This document shows positions 1 through 12,965 of a DNA stretch of 64,000 nucleotides, one piece after another (positions within the stretch are counted from its first letter, which is position 1; every line of letters starts with the position of its first letter). A program made the translations under genes and the position numbers. The notes beneath the pieces are model-generated. The model was given only the letters and a program-made list of their open reading frames with translations. It was not told the DNA's origin and did no database searches. The stretch is taken from the NCBI RefSeq assembly GCF_009914755.1, contig NC_060933.1; one strand, 5' to 3'. The stretch is from the human T2T-CHM13v2.0 reference genome, Homo sapiens.

Positions 1-1029
1 ATTTTTCCCATTGATCTGGGCCTCATCATTTCATTAGACAGAATTACTCTTTTATTTTAGGAAACAGTTTCATTATCTAGACTAGCTGTTGCTCCTCTTA
101 TTGATAAATTCTCTTTCTGTAATAAGATGTGTATCTGTTGTCTTTTTTATCAGCTGCCCCTAAATTACAATGAGGATGTATTTGGGTGGTGGGTTGAGCG
201 GGAGGTTGGTTATTTTTTTCTCCTTAATAAGTGCAGGTGAGTCAGTCACCCAAGATTTCAAATTGGTCCTTGTTTTTAAAGACCACCAGACACAGATGTA
301 TTTCTAGCACTCACACATGAATTTCCCAGAATTATCTGGGAAAACCCTTTGGTGAAGGATTTTTTTCTTTTTTAATTGAAGTGCTAGTGGTTGCACTTAG
401 CCCAACAAGAAGCACTACACAAAATGTCTCTCTTAGGAGATGTCCTGCTTCTTCTAAACCTTGTGTTGGGCCTGTGAAATACTCTGAACTGCTCAGAGTA
501 AAAATGTAATGCAAATACTGGGTAGTGATAGTGTCATTAATTATGCTGTTTTTGCAGCTGAAAACTAGAAAACTAGAAGTGTTTAAGGTGAGGTTCAGCT
601 GAGATTCACTGAACGGAGAAGAGTCACGTAGCCTGGCTGCGAACCACATCCAAGTGTGGCCATGGCAGGGGAGATGACAAGTTCATAACAATAATGGTAT
701 GCAATAATACACTGATGTTATGACATACGGTATACATGTAAACTATTATAAAAATCATATGATTTTCCTGGTGTGTTATTTTTCTGTTTACCTTTGAAAG
801 AATGGGTAAAAGGCCTTTGGAACCTGCATAACAAATTAAGACTCAGGAATCCTCTGAATGCTATGGTAAACAAAAATCAACAGAGTCAAGAAAGAGAGTG
901 TGTGTACAAAGTGTGTGTAACCATGAGGACGCGACGTGCCATACTTGGCTTTTTGATCCATTTGTCAAAGAACTTCCTGACAAATAGATGTGTGTCTCTG
1001 CTTCACCTTTGTGGATCCGTTTGGAAATA

Positions 1030-1272
1030 GTGTTATATGGTGATTGATAGCATAAGTTATACAGCCAAGTCCAGCTGGCTTGAATTCTAGTTCTACTTAC
1101 TACCTGTGTATTTGAGTTACTGTGTGTAACTCAAAGCCTCAGTTTTGTCGTCTGTGAAACAGGAATAAGAATGTTACCCACGTCATGTGATTTTCAATAT
1201 CATGCAACAATCATGCACATAAAACATACACTGCCTGGCCCTGGCCAAGTGCTCACTAGATGTTGGTTATTA
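1030..1272 (+). mobile_element. MIR
   Basis: gcctcagttttgtcgtctgtgaaacagg core; tgcctggc...gtgctcactagatgttggttatt 3' end. Confidence 0.7.
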
Positions 1273-4200
1273 CTATGAGTTCAGCAAAGGATGCAAAACT
1301 ATAAATGATTACATATACAGAACTCCCGAGAAAGTCATGTTCATTTCCTTGGTTTGAAAGGTCATAGATGGCTACCCATATCTTGTAGGTGTTTATAAAT
1401 GTGACTCTCTTCATATATATTTTTGTTTAAGGGCATTTGTTAATTCCAGGAAGAAATTTGAGGGGTGTGTAGCATAACTACATGTGATTTATTATAGGGC
1501 GGTGGTCACGAGACTCAGGATTGGGAGATGTTGTTCTTTTCTCCAGGTGGGTTAGACTTTTGATCTCTCAATAGTTGCTTGCTTCAAAGCTCTTGTTGCA
1601 CAAGTTTGTCTATTCTTGGAGATCAGAGAGGTCTCAGTTTTCAGAGGCCACTGGAGTGTGGGTCCAAGATACTTGGCAGAGAGAAATAGGTATTAGGGAG
1701 TCCTAAATTATGGTTGTGGACTGTGGAGTTCCCTGCAGAGAGCACTCAGCCTTCTCTCTCTGCATTTGTTTTATAAATGGTTTATGAGATCTCTCATAGT
1801 TTGACTTAGTCTTCACGTCTGCATCATCCCTGTGAGTATAAATACAAATGAAAAGTAAGATGTGAATCAGACGTATCCATAAACAAGAGTCGTCTCTGGA
1901 TTCTAGCAATAAATAAACCATAATGTCCAGCAAAATTAACCTATGGCTATTTCCTGAGCTAATTATCTTCCCACAGATAGAAACACTACTGATTCCAGGT
2001 CCACTGGTTTTTCAATTTATCTTCTTTACTTTATTTTGGTGAAATTCAGGAAATTTTCAAATTAGATCATTTCTGAAGTTGTGCATTACCAAATATCAGA
2101 GTAAAACCATCCAAACACCTTCTTTTTCCATGTGTAGGTCCAATTTCCTGAAGCTAATTTCTTCCTTCTAATTACAAGCACTCCAAGAACTAGGTTTTGC
2201 TACTCAGCATGAAAACAAGTAACTCTTATTTCTTCAGTCTGAGTTTGAATGCAGGAGGCTTCCTGAATCTGCCAGAATACAGGTGCTTAAGGTATAAGAT
2301 CAATGTAAATGTTCCCTGTTCTGTTATGAAAATTAAATTTTTAGTGCTAAGTTTCACTAGGGAAAATGTGGATCTCCCAATGATCAGAATTTCTTGCTTA
2401 ATATTTCTGAAGAAATCTTGCCCTGGTGACAGGTAACATGAGACATTGACTTCTTTTCTTTTTTTCTCCTCCCTAAAGGAGAGTTAAATTTAAGGAGTTA
2501 AAACGTGAAAGTTCTGTGTGTCAAATGTTATTTTTAAATTACTAGGTTGATTTAGATATTTTCGTCAAATCTAAGTGTATTCTTTGGTATCTCACTGTTT
2601 ACTCATGACAAAATAAAAACATTCATGTTCATTTGGGAGGATTCTGCTTTACCATAAATAAGTGGCTAGAATGTCTTTCTGGACCAAGCTTTCTTGTTAT
2701 TTTTGTCATTCACTCTAATAACTAGGACATACCATCTTAGGCAGAGCTAGAACATCTTATGTTGAGACTGGCATTCAGGATTATCCCTTGACTTACTTTC
2801 TAATTTCCGTGACAGTAGTGCATTGAGTCTACTGAATGATCATGTGAATGAATTTAGTGTTTGTCAGCAAAGGCTCAAATCATGCTATTTGTTTTAGAAG
2901 CAAAACATCCTGCTCCTGGATTCCACCAAACAGCCTGCCTCCCTTTCTTGAAAGTTTTTTGCTTTATCAGGTTCTATAATTGATTCCTAACAAGTGCTGT
3001 ATCCTAAGAAAACAAGAATAATTCTGTTTTCATCGTTCTCATATTTTTAAAGTTTATGTAGTTGGGGTTTAATTTCCACAATTCAAGTTCTTTTGTTAAT
3101 ATAACTTTACCAAGTAGTCTAGATCCAGTCTTAACCCGCTCTGGAAACTTTAAAAAATGGCAGGACTCAGTCTCCTTTTATTTTTAATCTGAGACCATAA
3201 CAGAAAAAGTGTCAGAACTCAATAGTACTTTTCTTTCCCCATTTCTTTCATACTGAAGCCACCAAATAAGAGCTGTGGATGCAAATTTTAGCAAAATGCT
3301 TTGCTATCTACCACTTCTTAATAGCTTCTTATGCACCAGGCACAAGGTTAAGTACTTGGCATTATTTTAACTGATTCAATCAGTACAACGACATAAAGCA
3401 GATACTAGCATCCATGTTCTAAGTAGGAATACTAAGACTTTGAGAGGTTAATTTCACATGGAAAATGAAGGAGCCAGAATCTGATCACTAGACCCCTTCT
3501 TACTAGAAGGCCGTCCTGACCACCCTAAAAAACATAGATGTGGTGAGTATGATTGGGAAAAAAATGTAGTATAAAGTGAAGAAACATACAGGCCCTATCA
3601 TGAAAAATTAGGTACAATTAAGATACCAAGTTCTCCCTCTGCCTGAAAGACCTCAGTGTCCATACACCTACAAAAGAGAGTGCAGAAAGACTACCCCAAG
3701 CCCCATCACACCTCAAGGCAGGTAGTGAGTAATTTTCTCCTCTTCCCTAAATCTTCTCTCCCATCCTTTGCAAATATTGTTGCTGAAGTGAAGGTAGCTG
3801 GTGAGAAACAAATAAAATGGCTGCACATGCTGCATGAAAATTGTCATATTTCTTAGTTAAGTAAAAGATCAGCACAACTCAGAATTCAAGACTGAATGAA
3901 ATAAGTATCCTGATTAGAATTGCATGCATGCGCTGAGTCAAATGGCTTCGAGTATATACATAGTCTATGAAAGGGAATAAAAGTCTGTTTGTATGTGCTT
4001 GGATTTGTTTCTGTGTGATTATGATTAGCATTGCAGTTCTCCAATGAAAGTATCTCCTGCTCAGTAGTCTCTTTTGTGTTCTTCAGTGCTAGTAGCCATA
4101 AGAACTAGGTGTCTAATAACACACTATAATAACTACCCATTGCAAATTAAGAATACTCTTACTGCTGTCTGTGCCTTGGAGCCCAGCTTTGGGTTCTGTA

Positions 4201-4751
4201 CCATGTTCTCTTCCTTAAAAATGCTGAAAATTGGGATGCTGTTTCGTTGAGATTTTTCCATATCCCACATATATATGCATAGAAGGTTAAACATTGCTAC
4301 GTTCTTCTGGTAAATTGCAGCTCACTTACCAAACTATTCAATGATTAAAGAAGAAACGTTTCAGAGGCCTTCTGTTTTGATTTTAGCTTATCGTAATCTG
4401 ATGATGATGATCCAAGCTTTTATACAAAGGATGACAGCACCATAGTAGGCAACCATTTTGTTGAGGAAACCGGAAACGCTCACCCTTTTAAAAAACTAAG
4501 TTACCCTGACTACAGTCTTATTATTTCTTCAGTTTAAGGTTACATTTTCTGCCTCCCACAGACTAATGTCACTTCTCCATGTTGAGAACAAGAGCGGCAT
4601 TTGGCATTTGGTTATCCCAAACCCAAATCTCTGACCCTTTGTTTTTAGTACTTTGCCATTTTGATTTTGCTTTTTTAATTTGCTTGTGACTCTCTGCTTC
4701 CCCCATCTTTTTTTTTTTTGGTACAATGATTCTTACCTTGTCTTTCCCCAG

Positions 4752-4855
4752 TCCGTTTCTGACCTGGAGAGACGTACAGCATGTTATTGTCAGGACTTCC
4801 CGTGCGGGACATTTGAACGCTAATGACTGGAAAACCAATGCTGCTGGTTTTAAGG
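4752..4855 (+). CDS. PCSK5: PCSK5 coding exon (probable exon 10), end of S8 subtilisin-like catalytic domain: (N)PFLTWRDVQHVIVRTSRAGHLNANDWKTNAAGFK
   Basis: tctttccccag| acceptor, G|gtgag donor, 104 nt, phase 2->1; LTWRDVQH is the conserved kexin/furin-family motif. Confidence 0.97.
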
Positions 4856-7800
4856 GTGAGAACTTCTTTCATATTCTGTCACAGGCAAAATATTTTTATT
4901 TTTCCCCCATTTTAAATGGAGAGCAGGAAACAGAACCCCTCAAACGAAACTTTAAACTTTGTGCTGACAAACAAAGAGCTTGATCTTTTAGTAAATAAAA
5001 GGCAGGTTGATTTTTTTAAGTTAAAACTACACAGATAAGGGAGATTTCTTTGGCTTCCCACATCATAGGTCAATTTTTTTAAAAGATCGACCAACCCCCA
5101 TGTATAGTCGGCCTATGGGACCCCTGATTAGTTTACTATTTGCTGTCACTGAATATCTAAGTAATATTTATAATAATGTATTTTAAAATTCCTCACCTTC
5201 TATAGGACTACTTCCACTTCAATAATAACTGATATATATTGTTCACTTTAGTGTAGCACTGTTAGTTGCTAAGGCCATGCATTCTACAAATTTTGTTTTT
5301 GTTTGTTATAAATCTTCCACAAAGAAAAGCAGGTAATAATTCTAAGAAATGTTACTTTATATAAACTAAAAATTTTAATGAAGCTTTATAATGTCCAGTC
5401 CTTATGCAATTGTGCACAATATGTAACAAGTACTGAATATTTTCCCATGGCTAATACAGATCATAGTTCCCAAAATAGCTATTCTATTTGTTGTCATAGG
5501 TAATATATGTTATAATAAAAATAAAATTAGCTATATAAAACATATATCCTAAAGTTTAGTATATCTACTCAAGTTGTAAGTGACCTAAGTTATAATAAGG
5601 TTTTAATTCATTAATCTAACTTGTAACAAACATTAATTTGTTTATATCTACAGACTTAAAACATATTCCCAAATAATCTTAGTATCATCATATATCTGTA
5701 TGGATGAAATACAGTGTTCCATAGCACAGGGCACATCTCCTTAAAAATTGAGGTTCTGATGGTCAGACCGTTGGTAACATGGTCCTGGGCAAGTCATTTA
5801 ATTTTTAAGGGCCCTAATAATTTAAGCATTTTGGATGCTAAGTAATATTATCTACGTATCATATCTTACATATGATCTTTATATATCCTTATATGAGCAA
5901 TATATGCAAATATTTCTGCCAGAATGTATATTTTTAAAATTACTTGTAAATAATTTATTATAGACTCATGCTGAAACAAAACCTATAAATATCCTAGATA
6001 ACCAGTGCCACATTAATAATTATTTGATTAATATCTTCACAGAAAGCTTCACTCTATTTTTAGGAAAAGAATATTTCTCTGCTTTGAAGTATTATCAAAC
6101 ACCTTTCCATGCATGTAAACTATATAATGCAGCAGTGTTCAATGAACTTTTAATCTAGAGTTGTAAATACCCGTTGGCATTGCATTCTCTGAAGCCCAAA
6201 TCAGGAGATTTGATCCCAAAATTGTAATTGTATGGGAGACATCAAAATTATTTGAAATTTCGGTTGTTCCGGAAAATCCAGGATGTAATTTGCCATATGT
6301 ATGTTTCATTTTGATTAGCTTCCACATGCTCCCAACTCGTACAATATAAATCCATGAGGCTGCAGGGGAGAGAAGGAGCTGACACATAACCTTAGCTAGT
6401 TGAAAGCTGGAATGAACTTCTTAGTAGAAGGATCACAGACTAAGGACATTAACCTCCATGAAGCTGAAGAAACTTTAACCCGAATAAATATCTTAGTTTT
6501 ACTTATTCCTTTTTGGCAATTTAAAAAGAGCAAATGGTTCTAACAAAAATGCAGCTCTTCTGAAAACCTCTGTTGGTTTAGGAGAGGGGGAGACAGAGGG
6601 TTTAGACTAAGTCACCAGACCCAAACCTGAATCTAAAGGGGTTTGTGCACTGCTTTAAGGAGGAAACGGTATTTTACTATTGCACGTGGCAATATTTAGT
6701 ATAATATTTCACTCTTCTCTTAGATGGCTGCCAAGAGTAACAATTAAAGTTTGCTTTTTCACAGATGAATTATTCTGAATGGGCTGGGCTCCCAGTGGGA
6801 TTGTTTTGTAATTTTGTTGATGGCGAGTCCCGTATTTCATCTAAACAGGATCATAATAAGATGACTTAAGAAAAAAAAAAAGTTATTCTCTACTCTAAAC
6901 GTTACCATCCCCTCCCTAGAGTCCCACAGATAAATGTGATTAAGGCAGAGGCTAGCAGGAGAAGCAACATGCTTTGGGGAAGTGGAGAATGCAGGGTACT
7001 AGGACTGCAGAAAGATGCTATGACTTTTTATGAAATAACATCTGAAAGAACAATAAAGAGCTAATGGTTAGAAAAGGTTCCTACAACAAGAGCTCAACAA
7101 GGGCTTGTATTTAAATGAGGTCAGCCGGCTTTTGCAGGTCTTGCTTAGCAGGAATCCATAGTCACGTATTTCTCCTTAGACTGGGAAAACGGAAGTTGCC
7201 TGCCTACAGAAGTGTGTGGTCCTGGGTGCCCTTCTTTGTCCCACCCAACTCAGCCCTAACACTGAGTAAAATATATGTATGAAATGAATCTGAAAACTCC
7301 TGTTCTTCCTTGGGCTTACTTTTGTTTTCCCAGTGTTGAGTAATTTATTAATAACTTGTTGGAAAAGTAGTTTAAAAAAAAATAGGAGAACAATTTCACA
7401 AATTGCTCAATAGGTACCTGCCAGTAATAGGGACATCAGCGTCACCCATCAGAATTTCTTTCTCATCACGTAAAGCAGAAGCCACTTAGAGTAGCAAACA
7501 ACTCAGTTTTGGAGTTCAGACATCACTAGACTTGATAGTCTTTGTTATCACTGATAACTTCAGTAAAGCCAACACCCCAATGAATAGTCTCTACCAAAAC
7601 CCTACCAAATCCATTTTATCCAACCTCCTTACATTTCTTCAGACATACCCCCATGTCCTACATCCTAGGCAGACAGCAGGGCTGGATGATGTGTGAGCTA
7701 GACTTGTGTGCAGCCCTCCTGAAGGCAGACTTGATCCATTCTTACCCACATGTGTTATGGACTGGAACAGGGAAGGGTTTCTCGTCCTGAAGCAGCTACT

Positions 7801-10800
7801 GGCTTGGACAGATTCTCATTCAGGCCAGGAAGTTGGCCTTGAACAACTAAAGAATGTGGCTTTCTGATGACTCATCTCTGTTTCTCTGAGAGTGGGGTTA
7901 CCCTGGAGGTGCTCACTGATGAGCTAGGGACAGAGAACTTTCTTCTCCTTTTTCTGTGCCCTCCTTATAAAAGCACTCTGTAAATGACCCTGTAATGAGA
8001 TGACCTCACAGAGAGGGAAGACACATGTAAACATTCTTATGTTAATGGCACCTTAATTTTCAACAATTTTAATCAAACTAAGATTATTCTATCCTGCTGT
8101 TTCTTAAATAATAATAACAATCTCATAGTATAATTAAAATATCTTTTCTGGTAGATTAGTTTTTCACAATAAACATAATCTGATGAATACATACCTATGG
8201 AAACTGACTAAACATTGTTTGGCCTTGTTCATCTTGTGAATAATCCTAGCTAAGTTTCAGACAACAGCTTTTGACTTTAAACCTCCTCCAGAGATAGTTT
8301 TTTTAATTAAATGGTATAAATATCATGTACCTATCAGAGAATCTACTTTAGATTGCCCATGAGAATAGGGAATTATTTGCCTTAGACCAGATGAACAGAT
8401 GTGATATTCTGCTACCAGAGAACTGAAATCCAAATTCCAGTATTTTGCTTCTGACCAATATTTGCAATGCCAGAAGGTGACTTTGGCATTCAGCTGTTTG
8501 GGGTTTTGTTAGTATTATTTCTTTCCTCCCCTTGATCCCTTCCCTTTCTGCTTAGGAAAAGTCTTTTCTGTTTTGTTTTGTTTTCTATTCTTTTTAATTC
8601 TCCCTTGTGTTCCCTAAAGCATATGAATTAGCCATAAAAGTGAAGGCTTTTGCCATTCCAGCTGGTTTTCCTTCCTGGAATTTAATGGATGTTATCTCTT
8701 CATTTATTTATTTACCAATATTTCCTGAGCACTTTCAGCATGCCAACCCAACACATGTTGAAGTGAGCGCAGAAAGTGGGAGGGGAAGAAACGTCAGGGA
8801 CACCATGGCGTTGACTAATCTGACCTGCCCTGGTGTAACTTACATACAGAAACAGAAATTTACACTCCATCTCTTTTTTTCTTTAGTCAAGCCCCGACAA
8901 TCTGCCAGGTCATGTTAGATAAGTGTTGATGATCCTTCTCTCATCATCTAAAATTCAGGTTAATGTCGGCAGCAGAAGGCATCTGCTATAGAGAATATCT
9001 TCTGTGGTGTCTGATGTGTATTTTGACCAGCTCCATTTGGGCATATAGTACATGCAGATCCATAGAGCCATGCGGAAGACTTTTAATTCAGGCATTTTTC
9101 ATAACCTACGGCTTGTATCATTTCAGGAAGAAGTTAGCTCTTTCTTGTGATCTCCTCCCTTTTAGTGCTATAATCTGAGGAAACTGTAAATCCACTGACC
9201 TCTCCCACCAGTGCCTGGGCTGTGCAGGCTGATTCTTGGCCCGAGTCCTTATCTTTGGTTTGGGTGTGAAGTTATAATTATAATTGAATGCATGCAACAT
9301 CAGTGATCTAGTTTTCTTTTTTTCAAAGTGTTTATATTGGATTATATGACTGTATACAGTTAAACTCTCTTAAATCTAGGAACAGGAATAGACGTCAGAT
9401 AATAAATTAGGACCTTCTGTCATCTTTACTAGGCGAAAGAATGAAAAAAATGTCATTGAAAATCAAAAAATGACAACTAAGTGAGAGAGGTTACCACGCC
9501 TTCCATTTCACTGCCCTCCCAGACTATGTAAGTCTCTTTTTTTCTACCAGCATGTTGCTGAAACCTCCCCCATCCCCACTGACTCTTTCTTTGACCACAA
9601 CTAAACTACTAGATTTTTTTTTTTTAATTTCTAACTGATTACCAACCGTGGGGAAAACAATTGACAGTCTAACATGACTTCTTAGCCTCCGAGGCCTTAA
9701 CTTTTAATAACCTGTATTACTTTTAATTGCCATCATTTTATTTCCACTGGTAGGGTTGATAATTTTAAGATGTCCAATATATTTTTAATACCTACCTGTC
9801 TTGCTTTCAGTTTGTAACACTTATTAAAAAGAATTCAAAGTGCTGAAACCATTAAGCATGCTGTGTGTTCAATCAAAATGAAAGGTTTTGAAATGTGCTT
9901 TTGAGTTGTGTTTTGAGTATAAAGTGATTTCTGATGTGTTACCATTTGAAAGGGTAAAGTTTCATTTTCCTTTATTATTTCACTGTACAAATAATATTCC
10001 ATCTTCGCCACCTACTATGCTGATACACTGTTGGTAGCTATGATTAAAGCTACATAAGGCACTTTAATTGGTAATGTGTACATTGTGGTTTTAAAGAAAG
10101 GTTGAAGTGAAGTGGTACTCATCTGGTCAGTGTCTGAGGTGGTATTATCAGAAAAATTAGTCCCTTGACTCCAGTCTTGATCCCACTTGCAGAAATGAGG
10201 CCCTTCCTACTTGAAAAGACAGAGGGAAGTAAATACATTTGATTCCACCTAATAAAATGTGCCCCCTGGAAATGCCGCCTAACATATTTTTTTAAGATTC
10301 TATGTTTTCTACCATTGTGCTCTGCAAACTCATACCCATTTCATATTGACTGAAACCCTTTCATTTTTGTATTTATTGACCATTGTGTAGATGAGCTTAT
10401 CTTCTAGCTCATTTACAAAAACAAAAAAACAAAAACTAAACAAACAAACAAAAAAACAATGTGAATCACACAGAATTCAGGAATTTTACCCTTATTGTTT
10501 TGCCTGGTAGATGATTTACCCAAACATCTCCATGGGAATATAGAAGCCCTGATAGCAAACTCTGCTTGGTCATGGCTTAATCCAGAGTCTTTCATCCAAA
10601 ATGCCCACTTGTCTCATCAGAATGTTCAACTCATGCCTACCAAATATGTGACGCTCAAAAATATTTTCTACAAATGAAAAGTGGTGTTTTCTCTGTGCCT
10701 GTCCTTGACTGAATGGTGGTATTAGGTTTGTTAGGCTTTTGGGGGTTTCATTTTGTTTTGCCCTTTCATCCCTGTAAGTTTTAAATGCATGCGGTTTCAC

Positions 10801-12089
10801 ACTTAAAACCCATTCTCAAAATAGAAGTAAAATGATGGTTGCACTATTTACCTGTTATCTCTATACAAGATGTAATTAGTTAATGAAGAGAACTATGTTT
10901 GGAGTGGTTTTGTGATTTTGCCAAAATCTTAAGAGCCTTTAAATTCTAGAAGAAAGTCTATTAATGATATTTTCTGTGGCCTTTGAGGAAGCCAATTAGA
11001 GTTTTTGTACCTTGGTTTTTGAGGAATGTGGATAGCTAATACTAAACATAATGAGAAGAATGAATTGAATGAAAAGTGCTTTGAAAATGGAAAATACCAA
11101 ACAAAAAGAGTCTTAAAAGTATATCTTCATACATGAAGCTTTCTACTCCCTGAAATGAGAATAAAGATGAATTAGAATTTTTTGGGGGTTGAAAATTAGT
11201 TCAGTTACCTGGAGTGGGCTAGAGAAAATATATCAAGGACTTTATAATAAAATTATTACTAATATGGCATCAAAGTTTTTAAATCATTAATCGTGTATCA
11301 ATGATAATGCAACTATACTTAAATTCTGTTTTGCAAATTAATTTAAATGTTTAAATGTCACCTTAAGTCCAACCTACTAAATCTTTAAAGCTGTAATTAA
11401 TTGCTTCAACTTAGGAACTAATGATAGAAATCTGAACTGATTGTAGCCTATCAACAGCCTATCAACTCTAGTAATTGATATACAGTGTAAATCTGTGAGT
11501 TTAAAATATGATTTTTAGCAATGTGTAAAAGCATCTACATTTAAGAGAAAATAGACGTCTCTTTTGTGTAATCACCTGAAGAAATTCAAATCTAATTCTA
11601 ATGAGGCTGGACTTTACCTAGATATTTGTAAAACTCTTCTTTCAGCACATGACTTTGACTATTCTTAATAACAACAACTCTTAATATTTTGTGGTTATGG
11701 TTGATATTTTAGGCAAAGATATATGTCGTCAAGCTCTAAGCTTGTGATTATAGAGGATGTCAGTCCAAAAGTGTATTTTGACTATCAAGTAATGAAATTG
11801 AACCACTTATAACTGGATTCTGAATCCAGTTCCAAAATAAGATGCCCAAAAATGATTTAAGTCAAGAGAGTCTTAGCAAAGTACACACACACACACAACC
11901 CTCTACATTCTTTTTACAGCCTATTTTAAAATTCAACAATCATTTTCTTATTTGAGGTTTTGTATTTATTTAAAACAAAAAAATTCACTCAGCTCTGAAC
12001 TCAGTGGTTCAGTGGTTGGGCTCCAGAGTCCAACAACCTGGAAGTGAATCCCAGCTTTATACAGTATCTCTGGTAATCTTCATACATTC

Positions 12090-12965
12090 TTAATCAGCTT
12101 TATTGAGGTAAATTTACATACAATAAAAAAGCACATTATTTTATGTGTACAGTTCAGTGAATTTTGACACAGGTATACATCCATGTGACCATCACCACAG
12201 TCGAGTTATAGAAACCTCTGTCACCCTAACGAGTTATTCTCTGCTCCTTTTTCATCCTCTAGCCTCCTCCTGCTGTGGCAACCACTGATCTACTTTCTGT
12301 CCCTATAGATGAGATTGTCTTTTGTAGGCTTTCGTATAAATTAAATTATTTGAAACTGGCTTCTTTCTAGCCATATAAGAGTTTTGAGGTTCATCTGTGT
12401 CATTAAGTAAGTCAGGCATTCCCACCATAAAACAGAATGAGATCATGTCTTTGAGGGAACGTGGATGGAGCTGGAGGCCATTATCCTTAGCAAACTAACT
12501 CAGGAACAGAAAACCAAATACTACATGTTCTCACTTGTAAGTGGGAGCTAAATGATGAGAACTCGTGAACACAAAGAAGGAACAACACACACTGGGGCCT
12601 ACTTGAGCGGGGAGCGTGGGAGGAGAAAGAGGAGCAGGAAAAATAACTATTGGATACTGGGCTTAATACCTGGGGGATGAAATAATCTGTACAACACAGC
12701 CCCATGACATGAGTTTACCTATATAACAAACCTGCATATGTACTCCTAAACCTAAAATAAAAGTTAAAAAAAGTAATGTTTTAAATTTTTAAAAGTATAT
12801 CAGGCATTCATTCTCTTTTATTGCTATCTAGTATTCCACTGTATGAATATACCACAATTTCCATACTCATTCACTTTTCCATGGAACATTTTATTGTTTC
12901 TGGTTCCGAGTTAGTATGAGTACAACTGCTCCAAATAGTTATGTAAAAATCTTTATGTGGACAAA
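12090..12965 (-). mobile_element. Old L1M (L1MB/ME-like) 3' end, antisense, interrupted by a younger L1
   Basis: cagctttattgaggta...tgtacagttcagtgaattttgaca...ggcaaccactgatctactttctgt; resumes after 12810 with tattgct..tagtattccactgtatgaatataccaca. Confidence 0.8.
12422..12792 (+). mobile_element. L1PA15/16-like 3' end (5'-truncated), sense
   Basis: gagatcatgtcttt...ggatggagctggaggccattatccttagcaaactaac...cctaaaataaaagttaaaaaaa; 17-nt TSD with 15/17 identity. Confidence 0.88.
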
